Shown: piece by piece, positions 1 through 8,352 of the stretch
Layout: every line of letters begins with the position of its first letter
Numbering within the stretch: the first letter of the stretch is position 1
Source of the DNA: Vulcanimicrobiaceae bacterium
Lineage (GTDB): Bacteria > Vulcanimicrobiota > Vulcanimicrobiia > Vulcanimicrobiales > Vulcanimicrobiaceae
Direction of reading: 5' to 3'
DNA length: 37,171 nt
NCBI GenBank assembly: GCA_035656615.1
Contig: DASRSF010000262.1
Coordinates: 1-37,171 of the forward strand
Notes under the pieces: generated by a model
What the model saw: only the letters and a program-made list of their open reading frames with translations
Databases searched by the model: none
Told to the model about the DNA's origin: nothing
Made by a program: the position numbers and the translations under genes

Positions 1-320
1 CGCACGCCCCGCCGCAAATGGTACGTAATGCGTTTGCCGTCCTGCGTGATGTCGCCGTTGCGTTCGCTCGGCACTCGGGTCAGCAGCAGCGGAATCACGC
101 GATTGCGTTCGTCCAGCCCGATCAGCGTCTGGCAGACCAGCAAATCGTTGCCTATCGTTTCCTGGTCGTGTGCCAAGAGCGGATTGAGGGAATCCGGATC
201 AGCCAAATCCGCGATGCGAAGCACGTGCGTGGAGGCGTGCTTGCGGTCCGGGCCGCCGCAACCGGCCACAAAAAGAACGAATAACAAAAGGGCCGCCGCG
301 GCGCGCTTGCGGACGGTCAT
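1..320 (-). CDS. ABC-transporter substrate-binding lipoprotein, family 5 (peptide/nickel type); N-terminal fragment truncated by the window edge
   Basis: My own minus-strand translation from the ATG (complement of 318-320) gives MTVRKRAAAALLLFVLFVAGCGGPDRKHASTHVLRIADLADPDSLNPLLAHDQETIGNDLLVCQTLIGLDERNRVIPLLLTRVPSERNGDITQDGKRITYHLRRGV. It has a lipobox (LFVAGC) and an N-terminus typical of SBP_bac_5. It is absent from the ORF track because it has no stop inside the window. Its ATG overlaps the TGA of the upstream gene (ATGA). Confidence 0.6.
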   Translation of the reverse strand, partial: MTVRKRAAAALLLFVLFVAGCGGPDRKHASTHVLRIADLADPDSLNPLLAHDQETIGNDLLVCQTLIGLDERNRVIPLLLTRVPSERNGDITQDGKRITYHLRRGV

Positions 321-988
321 CACTGCGTTAGGGCGAGTTCGCCGAAAACGTTATCTTCCAGCACGTCGTTATGTTCGCTATACAAATCGTACGCACCATA
401 TGTTCGCTTCTGAAGTGCGAGGGCGATTTGATGTGTGCGAACGGGCGTTTTGTACGGTAAATATTGAAAATGCGCTTTGAGCAATCCGTACCGCCCGTGC
501 GGAATTCCTAGAAATATGGTGTAATCGGATTCGCCGCCCGGGTCGATGATGTTGTGCAGGCCCAAGGGGCCATTGACGGCGGCCGCGTAAAAACTGACGT
601 GGCTTAGTAAGAGATGCGGCGCCGTCGGCTGCGCGCTATCGCCGAACTCCCGTTCGCTCGCGGTTTCCCGCGCATACGGCTTGCTTTGGCTGAAACGGAA
701 TCCGGTGACGTCATAGGCAAGCGCGACGGTGTCGAACTCGGTCTTGCCCACGTTTTTTATAACGATCGCAACGGCGATGACGTCGAGGTTCCCCAGACGT
801 CCAACCCGGGTGAGCGAGATCGACTCGTTCGCTGAAAGCGGCTCGTGCGCCGGCTTTATCCGTTCTTCGTAGATGAACGTGTAGAACGCCCAGACCCCTG
901 CGGCAATGATTGCGACAATTTCAACGATGTGCCGGACCGTGGTTATGACGCGGTGCCCGCCCGGTTCATCCAAATCCGCGCCAAGCAT
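320..988 (-). CDS. Hypothetical single-pass membrane protein: N-terminal TM helix plus a beta-rich C-terminal domain
   Basis: 222-aa ORF with one hydrophobic helix (IVEIVAIIAAGVWAFYTFIY). I recognise no motif. It lies 4 nt after pntB and overlaps the SBP start (ATGA), so it is probably co-transcribed with both. Confidence 0.5.
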   Translation of the reverse strand: MLGADLDEPGGHRVITTVRHIVEIVAIIAAGVWAFYTFIYEERIKPAHEPLSANESISLTRVGRLGNLDVIAVAIVIKNVGKTEFDTVALAYDVTGFRFSQSKPYARETASEREFGDSAQPTAPHLLLSHVSFYAAAVNGPLGLHNIIDPGGESDYTIFLGIPHGRYGLLKAHFQYLPYKTPVRTHQIALALQKRTYGAYDLYSEHNDVLEDNVFGELALTQ

Positions 989-992
989 CAGA

Positions 993-2426
993 CTACAGCG
1001 CTTTCACCGCCGCAACAAGGGCGTCGACGCTGGCCTTTGCGTCACCGAAGAGCATGGCGGTTTTCGGATCTTCGTAGAGCGGATTCTCAATGCCGGCAAA
1101 ACCCGAACGCATCGAGCGTTTGAGTACGATGACGTTCGCCGCCTTGTCGACGTCGAGAATCGGCATACCGTAAATCGGCGAGGAGGGTACATTTCGGGCA
1201 GCGGGATTTGTCACGTCGTTTGCACCAATGATCAGCGCGACATCCGTGCGCGGGAATTCGGGATTGATGTCGTCCATGTCGTAGAGCTGGTTGTATGGTA
1301 CGTTCGCTTCGGCGAGCAGTACGTTCATATGACCGGGCATGCGCCCAGCGACGGGATGGATGGCGTATTTGACCGCCACGCCCTTTTTTTCCAACTGGTC
1401 GGCCAGTTCACGTACGCTATGCTGCGCTTGCGCCACGGCCATACCGTAGCCCGGCACGACGATGACTTGATGCGCGTACCCCAGCATCACTGCGACATCG
1501 TCAACGGTAGCGGAACGAACATTTTGCGCTCCGCCCGACGCTGCAGCGCCGACCTCCATGCCGCCGGTTGCGCCGAACGCGCCGAAGAGCACGTTCGTGA
1601 GCGGCCGGTTCATCGCTTTGCCCATTAAAATGGTAAGCAGTGTACCGGAAGCGCCGACGAGCGTGCCGCTCACGATGAGCAGCGGCGAGTTGAGTTCGAA
1701 CCCGGTGATCGCGACCGCGACGCCGGTAAACGAGTTGAGCAGCGAGATGACCACCGGCATGTCGGCTCCGCCGATTGGCAGAACGAACAGCACGCCGAAG
1801 ATCAGCGCGCCCACAAGCATTCCGATATACCAGGTCCACGGCACATGCGCCGACATGACAATGATCGTAAGCGCGAGCACGCACACCGCAGCACCCAAAA
1901 GCGCATTGACGACCTGTTGGCCTTTGTATGTTACCGGTCGACCGGTCATCCACTCTTGCAACTTGAGGAATGCAATAATCGAACCGGAAAAGCTTACGGC
2001 GCCGATGATCGCGCTGACGATGAGCGAGACGACGGTAAGTAATCGTACTTCAGGTCCGCCGGCTAGCGCGACCGCCGCGAGCACAAAAAATTGGGCCGTC
2101 GATATGCACGCCGCCGCACCGCCGCCCGCGCCGTTGAAAAGCGCGACCATTTGCGGCATCGCGGTCATTTTGACGTTCAGCGCGGAGAACAGACCAACGG
2201 CTGCACCGATGACCACGCCCGCGAGAATGATCCACCAGCCCACACCGTCGATGCGCCAGACCGCCGCGATGATCGCGAGCAGCATACCGGCAGCGGCGTA
2301 ACGGTTTCCGATCCTCGCTGTGGCCGGCGAACTGAGCCGCTTGAGTCCCGTGATGAACAAAATGACGGCCAGGAGCGTGGCAACCCAAAAGAACAGCGTC
2401 TCGGCAAGCGTGTAGGCCGCGCTCAC
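993..2426 (-). CDS. pntB: NAD(P) transhydrogenase subunit beta
   Basis: 477 aa. The N-terminal half is multi-pass hydrophobic and the C-terminal half is a soluble dIII domain with GYGMAVAQAQH, AGRMPGHMNVLLAEA and ALIIGANDVTNPAAR, all typical PNT-beta motifs. Confidence 0.93.
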   Translation of the reverse strand: MSAAYTLAETLFFWVATLLAVILFITGLKRLSSPATARIGNRYAAAGMLLAIIAAVWRIDGVGWWIILAGVVIGAAVGLFSALNVKMTAMPQMVALFNGAGGGAAACISTAQFFVLAAVALAGGPEVRLLTVVSLIVSAIIGAVSFSGSIIAFLKLQEWMTGRPVTYKGQQVVNALLGAAVCVLALTIIVMSAHVPWTWYIGMLVGALIFGVLFVLPIGGADMPVVISLLNSFTGVAVAITGFELNSPLLIVSGTLVGASGTLLTILMGKAMNRPLTNVLFGAFGATGGMEVGAAASGGAQNVRSATVDDVAVMLGYAHQVIVVPGYGMAVAQAQHSVRELADQLEKKGVAVKYAIHPVAGRMPGHMNVLLAEANVPYNQLYDMDDINPEFPRTDVALIIGANDVTNPAARNVPSSPIYGMPILDVDKAANVIVLKRSMRSGFAGIENPLYEDPKTAMLFGDAKASVDALVAAVKAL

Positions 2427-2749
2427 TTCTTCACCGGCTCTTTCTTCTTGAACATCTGCAGCATGCGTTCGGTAACCGCAAAGCCGCCGACCACGTTAAT
2501 CGTCCCCAGCAGCACCGCGATGAACGCGATCACCGGCAGGAGCGGCCCGCCCGAATGCAGTCCGAAGACTTCACCGACGATGAATATTGCGCCCACCAGC
2601 ACGACCCCGTGTATGGCGTTGGTCGCGGACATCAGCGGCGTGTGCAGCGTCGTCGGCACTTTGGAGATAACTTCGAACCCGACAAAGATTGTCAGCGCGA
2701 AAATCAGCAGCAGACCGAACAGGTACGGAATGAACTCGAGCAGGCTCAT
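2423..2749 (-). CDS. pntAB: NAD(P) transhydrogenase subunit alpha, part 2 (membrane segment)
   Basis: 108 aa, very hydrophobic. FEVISKVPTTLHTPLMSATNAIHGVVLVGA is the conserved PntA C-terminal membrane motif. It has 4-nt overlaps with pntB and pntAA. Confidence 0.9.
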   Translation of the reverse strand: MSLLEFIPYLFGLLLIFALTIFVGFEVISKVPTTLHTPLMSATNAIHGVVLVGAIFIVGEVFGLHSGGPLLPVIAFIAVLLGTINVVGGFAVTERMLQMFKKKEPVKK

Positions 2750-3891
2750 GACGAGACACCCGCGCCCAGAGCATCGATCGTCGGCTGGTGAACGATGCGG
2801 CCTTCGTGCACGATCGTCGTGCCTTTGAGTATCTCGTCGTTCATGTCCAGATTCAAGGCACCGTCCTTAATGAGCAGCGCGAGAAGTGCTTGCACGTTGC
2901 GCGCGTACAGCTGCGATGCGTGGTACGGCATCGTCGCAGGCAAATTCGTAGTTCCGATGATCTGCACGCCGTTTGGCGAGATGACGGTTTGATCGCGTTT
3001 GGTGAGCGCGGAGTTGCCGCCCGCTTCCGCCGCGAGATCGACAATCACCGATCCCGGCCGCATCGCCGCGATCGCTTCTTCCGTAATGAGCAGCGGCGCG
3101 GGGCGCCCCGGAACCAGAGCGGTCGTAATGACAACATCCGATGCGCCGATTGCATCGACCATGAAACGCCGCTGCCGTTCTATTTGTTCTGCGGTCAGCT
3201 CCTTGGCGTAGCCGCCCGCGGTTTGCGCATCGACGCCCAGGTCAATCTCCAAGAACGTCGCGCCCAAGCTTTGCACTTGCTCTTTTACGACCGCGCGCGT
3301 ATCGTACGCGCTCACGACTGCGCCTAATCGCCGGGCGGTCGCGATCGCTTGCAATCCCGCCACGCCGGCACCCAAGATTAAGACTTTTGCGGGCGGAATC
3401 GTACCCGCTGCCGTGGTGAGCATCGGAAAGAACTTTGGAAGCGCAAGCGCGGCGAGCAGCACCGCTTTGTATCCCGCGATGTTGCTTTGTGAGCTCAACG
3501 CATCCATGCTTTGCGCGCGTGTAATTCGCGGAATCGCGTCCATTGAGAGCGCGGTGATGCCGAGCGCCGCAAGGTCGGCGACGTACTGCGGGTCGCCCAA
3601 TGGCGCGAGCAGCGCCAGCAGCACGGCGCTTTTAGGCAAGGACGCCAGCGAGGCGGGATCGGGGCGTCCGACCGCGATGAGCAGATCGGCGCCGGAAAAT
3701 AATGCGGCCGGGTCATCGACGATGGATGCCCCGGCCGCTGCAAATTGTTCGTCCGCAAACGCAGCGCGTTCACCCGCGCCGCGTGCAACGCTTACGGTGA
3801 GTCCGCCCTTCACGAGCTTACCGACCGTTTCGGGTACGAGCGCGACTCGCGTTTCGTTCGCGCCCGTTTCACGTGGTACCGCAACGTTCAT
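2746..3891 (-). CDS. pntAA: NAD(P) transhydrogenase subunit alpha, part 1 (dI, NAD(H)-binding)
   Basis: The ORF-track entry 2746..4275 was trimmed to the internal ATG (complement of 3889-3891), giving MNVAVPRETGANETRVALVPE. It has a Rossmann motif (KVLILGAGVAGLQAIATARRLGA) and belongs to the alanine dehydrogenase/PNT family. The 128 upstream codons are Arg-rich junk that overlaps the neighbouring gene. Confidence 0.9.
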   Translation of the reverse strand: MNVAVPRETGANETRVALVPETVGKLVKGGLTVSVARGAGERAAFADEQFAAAGASIVDDPAALFSGADLLIAVGRPDPASLASLPKSAVLLALLAPLGDPQYVADLAALGITALSMDAIPRITRAQSMDALSSQSNIAGYKAVLLAALALPKFFPMLTTAAGTIPPAKVLILGAGVAGLQAIATARRLGAVVSAYDTRAVVKEQVQSLGATFLEIDLGVDAQTAGGYAKELTAEQIERQRRFMVDAIGASDVVITTALVPGRPAPLLITEEAIAAMRPGSVIVDLAAEAGGNSALTKRDQTVISPNGVQIIGTTNLPATMPYHASQLYARNVQALLALLIKDGALNLDMNDEILKGTTIVHEGRIVHQPTIDALGAGVSS

Positions 3892-3944
3892 AGCGCTCGG
3901 TCGTTCCGCTGTATGAAGAACGAAACCTGCGATATTTCTCGCAG

Positions 3945-4319
3945 TTACGGCGCGAGCGAGACCAGGATCGCTATAAATATACCCGCGCCGGCCAGATGCA
4001 GCGCGTGCTCCGGGCGAGCGATCCGCCCACCGGTGACATAAGCGTTGATGAGATCTGCATTCGAAAGGGCCGCGCAACCGGCGGCGGCGATGATGAGTGC
4101 CTTTCTCCTTTTGCGCAGAGCCGCGTGAAACACCATGGCGCCGATGACGGCGTCGCGCGCCGCTGCCGCTCGCACGTATGCCAGCGCGCTGGGATCGCGC
4201 ACGGTCACACCAAATCCCTTCGAAAGCGCTCGCGGAAACAATAGACCGAGCGCGCCGGTCGCCAGCAGGCCGCATGCCGCACCCTTTGCGAGCATGAATC
4301 CTCGATCGCGCGGCGTCAT
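3945..4319 (-). CDS. Small integral membrane protein, function unknown (possibly DUF4267-like)
   Basis: 124-aa ORF with 3-4 hydrophobic segments. Its start overlaps the stop of the FAH gene by 4 nt. The family assignment is only an impression. Confidence 0.45.
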   Translation of the reverse strand: MTPRDRGFMLAKGAACGLLATGALGLLFPRALSKGFGVTVRDPSALAYVRAAAARDAVIGAMVFHAALRKRRKALIIAAAGCAALSNADLINAYVTGGRIARPEHALHLAGAGIFIAILVSLAP

Positions 4320-5158
4320 GTTATCCGAATGGTATTGCGCAGCGTAGCGATCCGTTCTATTTCGACTTCAACAACGTCGCCGTCGGCGAAAAATTCGGGC
4401 GGCGTGCGCGCAAACCCCACCCCATCGGGCGTACCGGTTGCAATCACGTCCCCCGGCTCCAGCGTCATCCCGCGGCTCAGTTGCGCAATGATCGCCGGGA
4501 TGCGAAAGATCATGCTCGAGGTCGACGCATCCTGCTTCGTTTCGCCGTTCACCCGCGTGGCGATATGCAATGCATGCGGATCCGGGACCTCGTCGCGATC
4601 GCAAATCCAAGGCCCCATCGGGCAGCTCGCGTCCAAGCTTTTTCCCTTGAACCATTGCAAGTGCGCACGTTGGAGATCGCGAGCCGTAATGTCGTTCAGG
4701 CAGGTGTACCCGAACACCGCGTCCATGGCGCTGGATTCATCGGCATCTTTGATGCGGCTGCCGATGATCACGGCAAGTTCGCCTTCCCAGTCGTACTCAC
4801 GCGAAACGCGCGCTTCAAAGCCCAGTTCTGCGTTCGGATCGGCGATTGCCGTCGTCGCTTTGGAAAAGAATGTCGGGACCTGGGGGAGTTTGAGCTCCCG
4901 TCCGGCCGCGCGAGCGCCTTCTTTTGCGTGCTCCAAGTAATTGCGGCCCACGCAAAAAATATTCTTGTGGGGATGGACGGGCGCCGCAAGACGCACTTCC
5001 TGCAGCGAGTAGGTAATTGTGGTTCGGCGCTCCGCCCGCTGGGAGCGATCCAGCGCAATGTACTCGACGAGTGAATCGCACGCTATCGCGCTTATTCGTT
5101 CTCCCTCGAGAGCACCCGGAATGACGCGCGCGCCGTCGTAGAAGCTGACGTAGCGCAT
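4316..5158 (-). CDS. Fumarylacetoacetate hydrolase (FAH) family protein
   Basis: 280 aa. CVGRNYLEHAKE, DWEGELAVIIG and GDVIATGTPDGVG are hallmark motifs of the FAA_hydrolase fold. The substrate is not inferable. Confidence 0.85.
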   Translation of the reverse strand: MRYVSFYDGARVIPGALEGERISAIACDSLVEYIALDRSQRAERRTTITYSLQEVRLAAPVHPHKNIFCVGRNYLEHAKEGARAAGRELKLPQVPTFFSKATTAIADPNAELGFEARVSREYDWEGELAVIIGSRIKDADESSAMDAVFGYTCLNDITARDLQRAHLQWFKGKSLDASCPMGPWICDRDEVPDPHALHIATRVNGETKQDASTSSMIFRIPAIIAQLSRGMTLEPGDVIATGTPDGVGFARTPPEFFADGDVVEVEIERIATLRNTIRIT

Positions 5159-5161
5159 GCG

Positions 5162-5728
5162 CTATGGATGCGTAGTGGGATGCGCGGTGGGTTTGACCCC
5201 GGCGCGCCTGACAGCGGCATTGATGTCCGGTAAGTTCTTCTCGTTCTGCGCGCGCTGTTTGGCTTGCTCGGCCTGTAAGCGTTTCTCGAGCGCAAGCAGT
5301 TGTCGGCGCGCGTCGGCGATAATGAGCGTCGCCGCTCCCGGCTTGTTCGCCCAACTGCCGCCGGCTTTTACCAGGGAAGGAACGCGCGTAACCGCGTGCG
5401 TTTTCGGATCGTAGTCGTACGTGACGCGGAACAGTCCCGTTTCCGCGCTACCGTCGGGGCGCCGAATCCACATCTGCATAGCATTGCCGAGTGCCATTGT
5501 ATCGAAGGTGCGATCGCCCGAAAGCGTCCCGTGATCCACGCGCACCACTTGGCCGTGTTTGTTGATTTCGACTAAGAGCTCGGCATGCAGGTGCCGGTTC
5601 GGATAGTTCGGTGAAGGAAACGGACGCGGCGTCGGGTGCACCGGCGTGTTCGCAGCGATGGCCGGCAGCGCGGCGCACGAGATAAGGAGCGCGACCACCC
5701 CGGCAGCGCGTTTCACTAATATATACAC
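5162..5728 (-). CDS. Secreted protein with a TonB-C-like domain and a C-terminal coiled coil (tentative)
   Basis: The signal peptide is (M)KRAAGVVALLISCAALPAIAAN. GQVVRVDHGTLSGDRTFDTMALGNAMQMWIRRP resembles the TonB_C pattern. An A/Q/K/R-rich helix (RRQLLALEKRLQAEQAKQRAQNEK) follows. The start could be the GTG at 5728 or the GTG at 5716. Confidence 0.5.
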   Translation of the reverse strand: MYILVKRAAGVVALLISCAALPAIAANTPVHPTPRPFPSPNYPNRHLHAELLVEINKHGQVVRVDHGTLSGDRTFDTMALGNAMQMWIRRPDGSAETGLFRVTYDYDPKTHAVTRVPSLVKAGGSWANKPGAATLIIADARRQLLALEKRLQAEQAKQRAQNEKNLPDINAAVRRAGVKPTAHPTTHP

Positions 5729-5731
5729 GCC

Positions 5732-5896
5732 CTAGTTACGCGAGATGGCGGCGAATTCGTTCCCGCACTGCGCGCAAGCGACCAATATCTGAAAATTTTC
5801 GGCTCGCTCGGCTTGCGAGGGACGCTCACGCAGCGGGCTGCCGCAGGAGCTGCACTGCGTCTCTATCGAGCCCCCGGGGTTGGTTTTGTCATCCAC
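5732..5896 (-). CDS. Small zinc-ribbon protein (54 aa); too short for the ORF track
   Basis: My own translation from the GTG (complement of 5894-5896) gives VDDKTNPGGSIETQCSSCGSPLRERPSQAERAENFQILVACAQCGNEFAAISRN*. It has two CxxC pairs 22 residues apart. Third-position GC is about 74% (40/54), which suits a coding frame. The stop lies 3 nt before the downstream gene start. Confidence 0.5.
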   Translation of the reverse strand: MDDKTNPGGSIETQCSSCGSPLRERPSQAERAENFQILVACAQCGNEFAAISRN

Positions 5897-5979
5897 GCGT
5901 TTCCGGTTACGAGCGCATTACGCAGGCGCCCTCCTTGTACCAGGCGGCTCAACCGCGGTCCGCGAAGCCGATACGACCG

Positions 5980-8352
5980 ATGCTGCGCCGTTCCCGATAC
6001 TTGCTATCCGGGCTCGCGCTTGCGCTTGTGATAAACATGCCGCCCGCGCAAGCTGCCCGCCCGCTGCTTGACTACCACCGCCTGGATGCGTATTTCGCTC
6101 TGTATGCGCGCGACACGAACGTGCCGTGGAAACCCGCGAGCGTGCGGCTTGATACCTACACGAGCGCACCGATCGATTTTTCGGTCTATCAGACTGACCC
6201 CGCAAATGTCATCGTTGCCGGTTCGACGACCCGGCCGCGTGCCATCGATACGCGCCGATTACGCCCGGTTGCCCACTGGGTGTACGCGCCGCCGGGCGGT
6301 TACCGTTTCCAGAGCAACGATATAACGATTCCGCTGGGATCGCGCGAGGGATTTTTCGTCGTCGAAGCGCGCCGGGGAAGCGTCGGCGAGCAAGTCTGGA
6401 TCAACCGTACGCGCATTGGGCTGCTTACGAAAGAGACGCCGGCCGGCATCGCGCTGTACGCCGCCGATTTAGGTAATGGGACGCCGCTGGCGCGCATGCG
6501 CGTTTCGTTCATCGTCCGCGGCCGCTTCACCGACCGGTATACCGATCGCAACGGCTTGGTGAGGTGGACAAGCACGCCGCGACCCGTCTTTGCGCTTGCG
6601 CAGTGGGGCAGCAGCACGTCGTTCGTCTCGTTCTTGCCGCAGGCGCCGCTGCCGGCGACCATTGTTGGAGTAAAGACGGCGTCCGCAGTCGTCCATGCGG
6701 GTGACGAAGTGCAAGTGGTCGGCTTCGCGCGTTCGCGAAGCGGCACGCATTTGCGCCCGAGCAGCGGGGTCGTTCAGATCCAGCTGCGATCCGATCGTGC
6801 ATTGATTGCGCAGACGCCGGTACGTTTGGACGCAGCCGGCGCATTCAGCGCGGCGCTGAGCGTGCCGCCCGAAAGCCGCGCCGGCGACTACACGGTGATC
6901 GCGAGCGTGAATGGGGCCACCGCCGGAACGGCGGTGCACGTAGACGCGAATGCGGCCGGTCTTTCGTTATTGCTTGCACCGCAATGCGAGCGCACGTGCG
7001 ATCCCGATCGGGACGTGCCGGTGCTGGTTCAGGCTGTCCGCGGTTCCGTGCCCGCATCCGGCGTGCCCGTCGCGGTGTCCGTCATCCGGTCTCCGCATGT
7101 GTATACCGGCGAGGTTTCGCAAAAACCATGGGGCGTGACGCAATGGTCCAGCAGCACGGTGTCAACGGGTGCCGACGGACGCGCCTACATTACGATACCG
7201 CATCCATCCGATGGTCTGGCCTCGACATACGGCGTGCGCGCGGTAGCAGGCGGAGCAACGGCCGACACGCGCATCGCCGTGGCGACGTCCGCAATAGCGT
7301 TGCGCGTGCAGTTGGATAGCGATGATATCGGCAGCGCAGTGCCTGCGCGCTTTGAAATACAAGCACGGGACGTTGCCCAAGGAACTCCGGTGCGGCATTT
7401 GCCCGTTCGCGTGCAGCTCATTCACGGCAATAGCGTTGCGCAGCAGCAACTCTTGCTCGACGACGCCGGCGAAGCTCGCGGATCGTTTTCGGCACCGCCG
7501 CCGGGCTCCAACCTTGTCGTCGTGCAAGCACTGGGCACCGAACGGGCCATGGACGCAACCCAGCTGCAAGTTGAACCGCAGACGATGGAATCCCAAACCG
7601 CACACGCCAGCGCCGGAGTGAGCATTGCACTGGATCACGTAAGTTATTCGCCGGGAGAAATTGCCCGCGTGCGCGCGTCTTTGAGCGGTGCGAATGGAGC
7701 TGCGCTCATCTCGCTGGAAAGCGCCGCGGGCGCGCAGCTTCACCTGGTGAACGTGCGCAACGGCAGCGCGACGGCGTCGATTCGCGTGAGCAACGCGCCC
7801 GGCATTCTCGCCGTCGGCGCCGCGTTCGTTCGTGACGGCGCACTGCAGTGGAGCAGCGTTCCGATTCGCGTGGACGCGCCGGGCAGGCCGGTGGCCGCGC
7901 CGGTGTTGTTAAACCGGCCGGCATACCAGCCTGGAACGACGGCATCCGCGCAAATCACGGGTCTGCGTCCGGGAGCGGGGACGCTGGTCGTTCGCCTTAC
8001 CAGAACGCTTCCCACCGGTTCTGCAATGTTCGACACCGCGCCGGACTTGCTCGCAATCGGTTCAACGCTCACGCAAGATTCAGCCGTCGACGGCGACTCC
8101 TGGCACCCGTGGGTAGACTCGACCGGACAACATGCCGTTATTCAAACCTTCGCGCGGCGCACCGCGCCTCCGGCCGATCTGACGATGACCCAAGCCGATA
8201 CCGCAAGTGTCTACTGGAAAATCGACCGGCAAGCCGGTGATGCCGTGCAAATCCCGGTTCCCACACTGCCGGGCAAGTATATTCTCTCCTTGCTCAAGGT
8301 CGACGACGACGGCCGCGTCACGGCTGCGTCAACCGATTTGATCGTTCAGTGA
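5980..8352 (+). CDS. Large secreted protein built of repeated beta-sandwich modules (MG / Ig / CarboxypepD_reg-like)
   Basis: The ORF 5935..8352 was trimmed to the ATG at 5980, which yields a canonical signal peptide (MLRRSRYLLSGLALALVINMPPAQA|A). Modules of the type V.V.V...G......TD..G.A recur, for example RVSFIVRGRFTDRYTDRNGLVRW, VPVAVSVIRS...TGADGRAYITIP and LPVRVQLIHG...LDDAGEARGSFS. GDYTVIASV is typical of macroglobulin-type domains. Confidence 0.6.
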   Translation: MLRRSRYLLSGLALALVINMPPAQAARPLLDYHRLDAYFALYARDTNVPWKPASVRLDTYTSAPIDFSVYQTDPANVIVAGSTTRPRAIDTRRLRPVAHWVYAPPGGYRFQSNDITIPLGSREGFFVVEARRGSVGEQVWINRTRIGLLTKETPAGIALYAADLGNGTPLARMRVSFIVRGRFTDRYTDRNGLVRWTSTPRPVFALAQWGSSTSFVSFLPQAPLPATIVGVKTASAVVHAGDEVQVVGFARSRSGTHLRPSSGVVQIQLRSDRALIAQTPVRLDAAGAFSAALSVPPESRAGDYTVIASVNGATAGTAVHVDANAAGLSLLLAPQCERTCDPDRDVPVLVQAVRGSVPASGVPVAVSVIRSPHVYTGEVSQKPWGVTQWSSSTVSTGADGRAYITIPHPSDGLASTYGVRAVAGGATADTRIAVATSAIALRVQLDSDDIGSAVPARFEIQARDVAQGTPVRHLPVRVQLIHGNSVAQQQLLLDDAGEARGSFSAPPPGSNLVVVQALGTERAMDATQLQVEPQTMESQTAHASAGVSIALDHVSYSPGEIARVRASLSGANGAALISLESAAGAQLHLVNVRNGSATASIRVSNAPGILAVGAAFVRDGALQWSSVPIRVDAPGRPVAAPVLLNRPAYQPGTTASAQITGLRPGAGTLVVRLTRTLPTGSAMFDTAPDLLAIGSTLTQDSAVDGDSWHPWVDSTGQHAVIQTFARRTAPPADLTMTQADTASVYWKIDRQAGDAVQIPVPTLPGKYILSLLKVDDDGRVTAASTDLIVQ

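Noticed and set aside
906-2301. Plus-strand ORFs 906..1628 and 1558..2301 (240 and 247 aa), and other ORFs of 60-250 aa overlapping pntB and pntA.
   Set aside because: They are antisense or alternate-frame to the transhydrogenase genes and show no recognisable domains.
3892-4275. 128-codon N-terminal extension of the pntAA ORF.
   Set aside because: The extension is Arg-rich junk that overlaps the adjacent membrane-protein gene. The canonical PntA N-terminus (MNVAVPRET) begins at the internal ATG.
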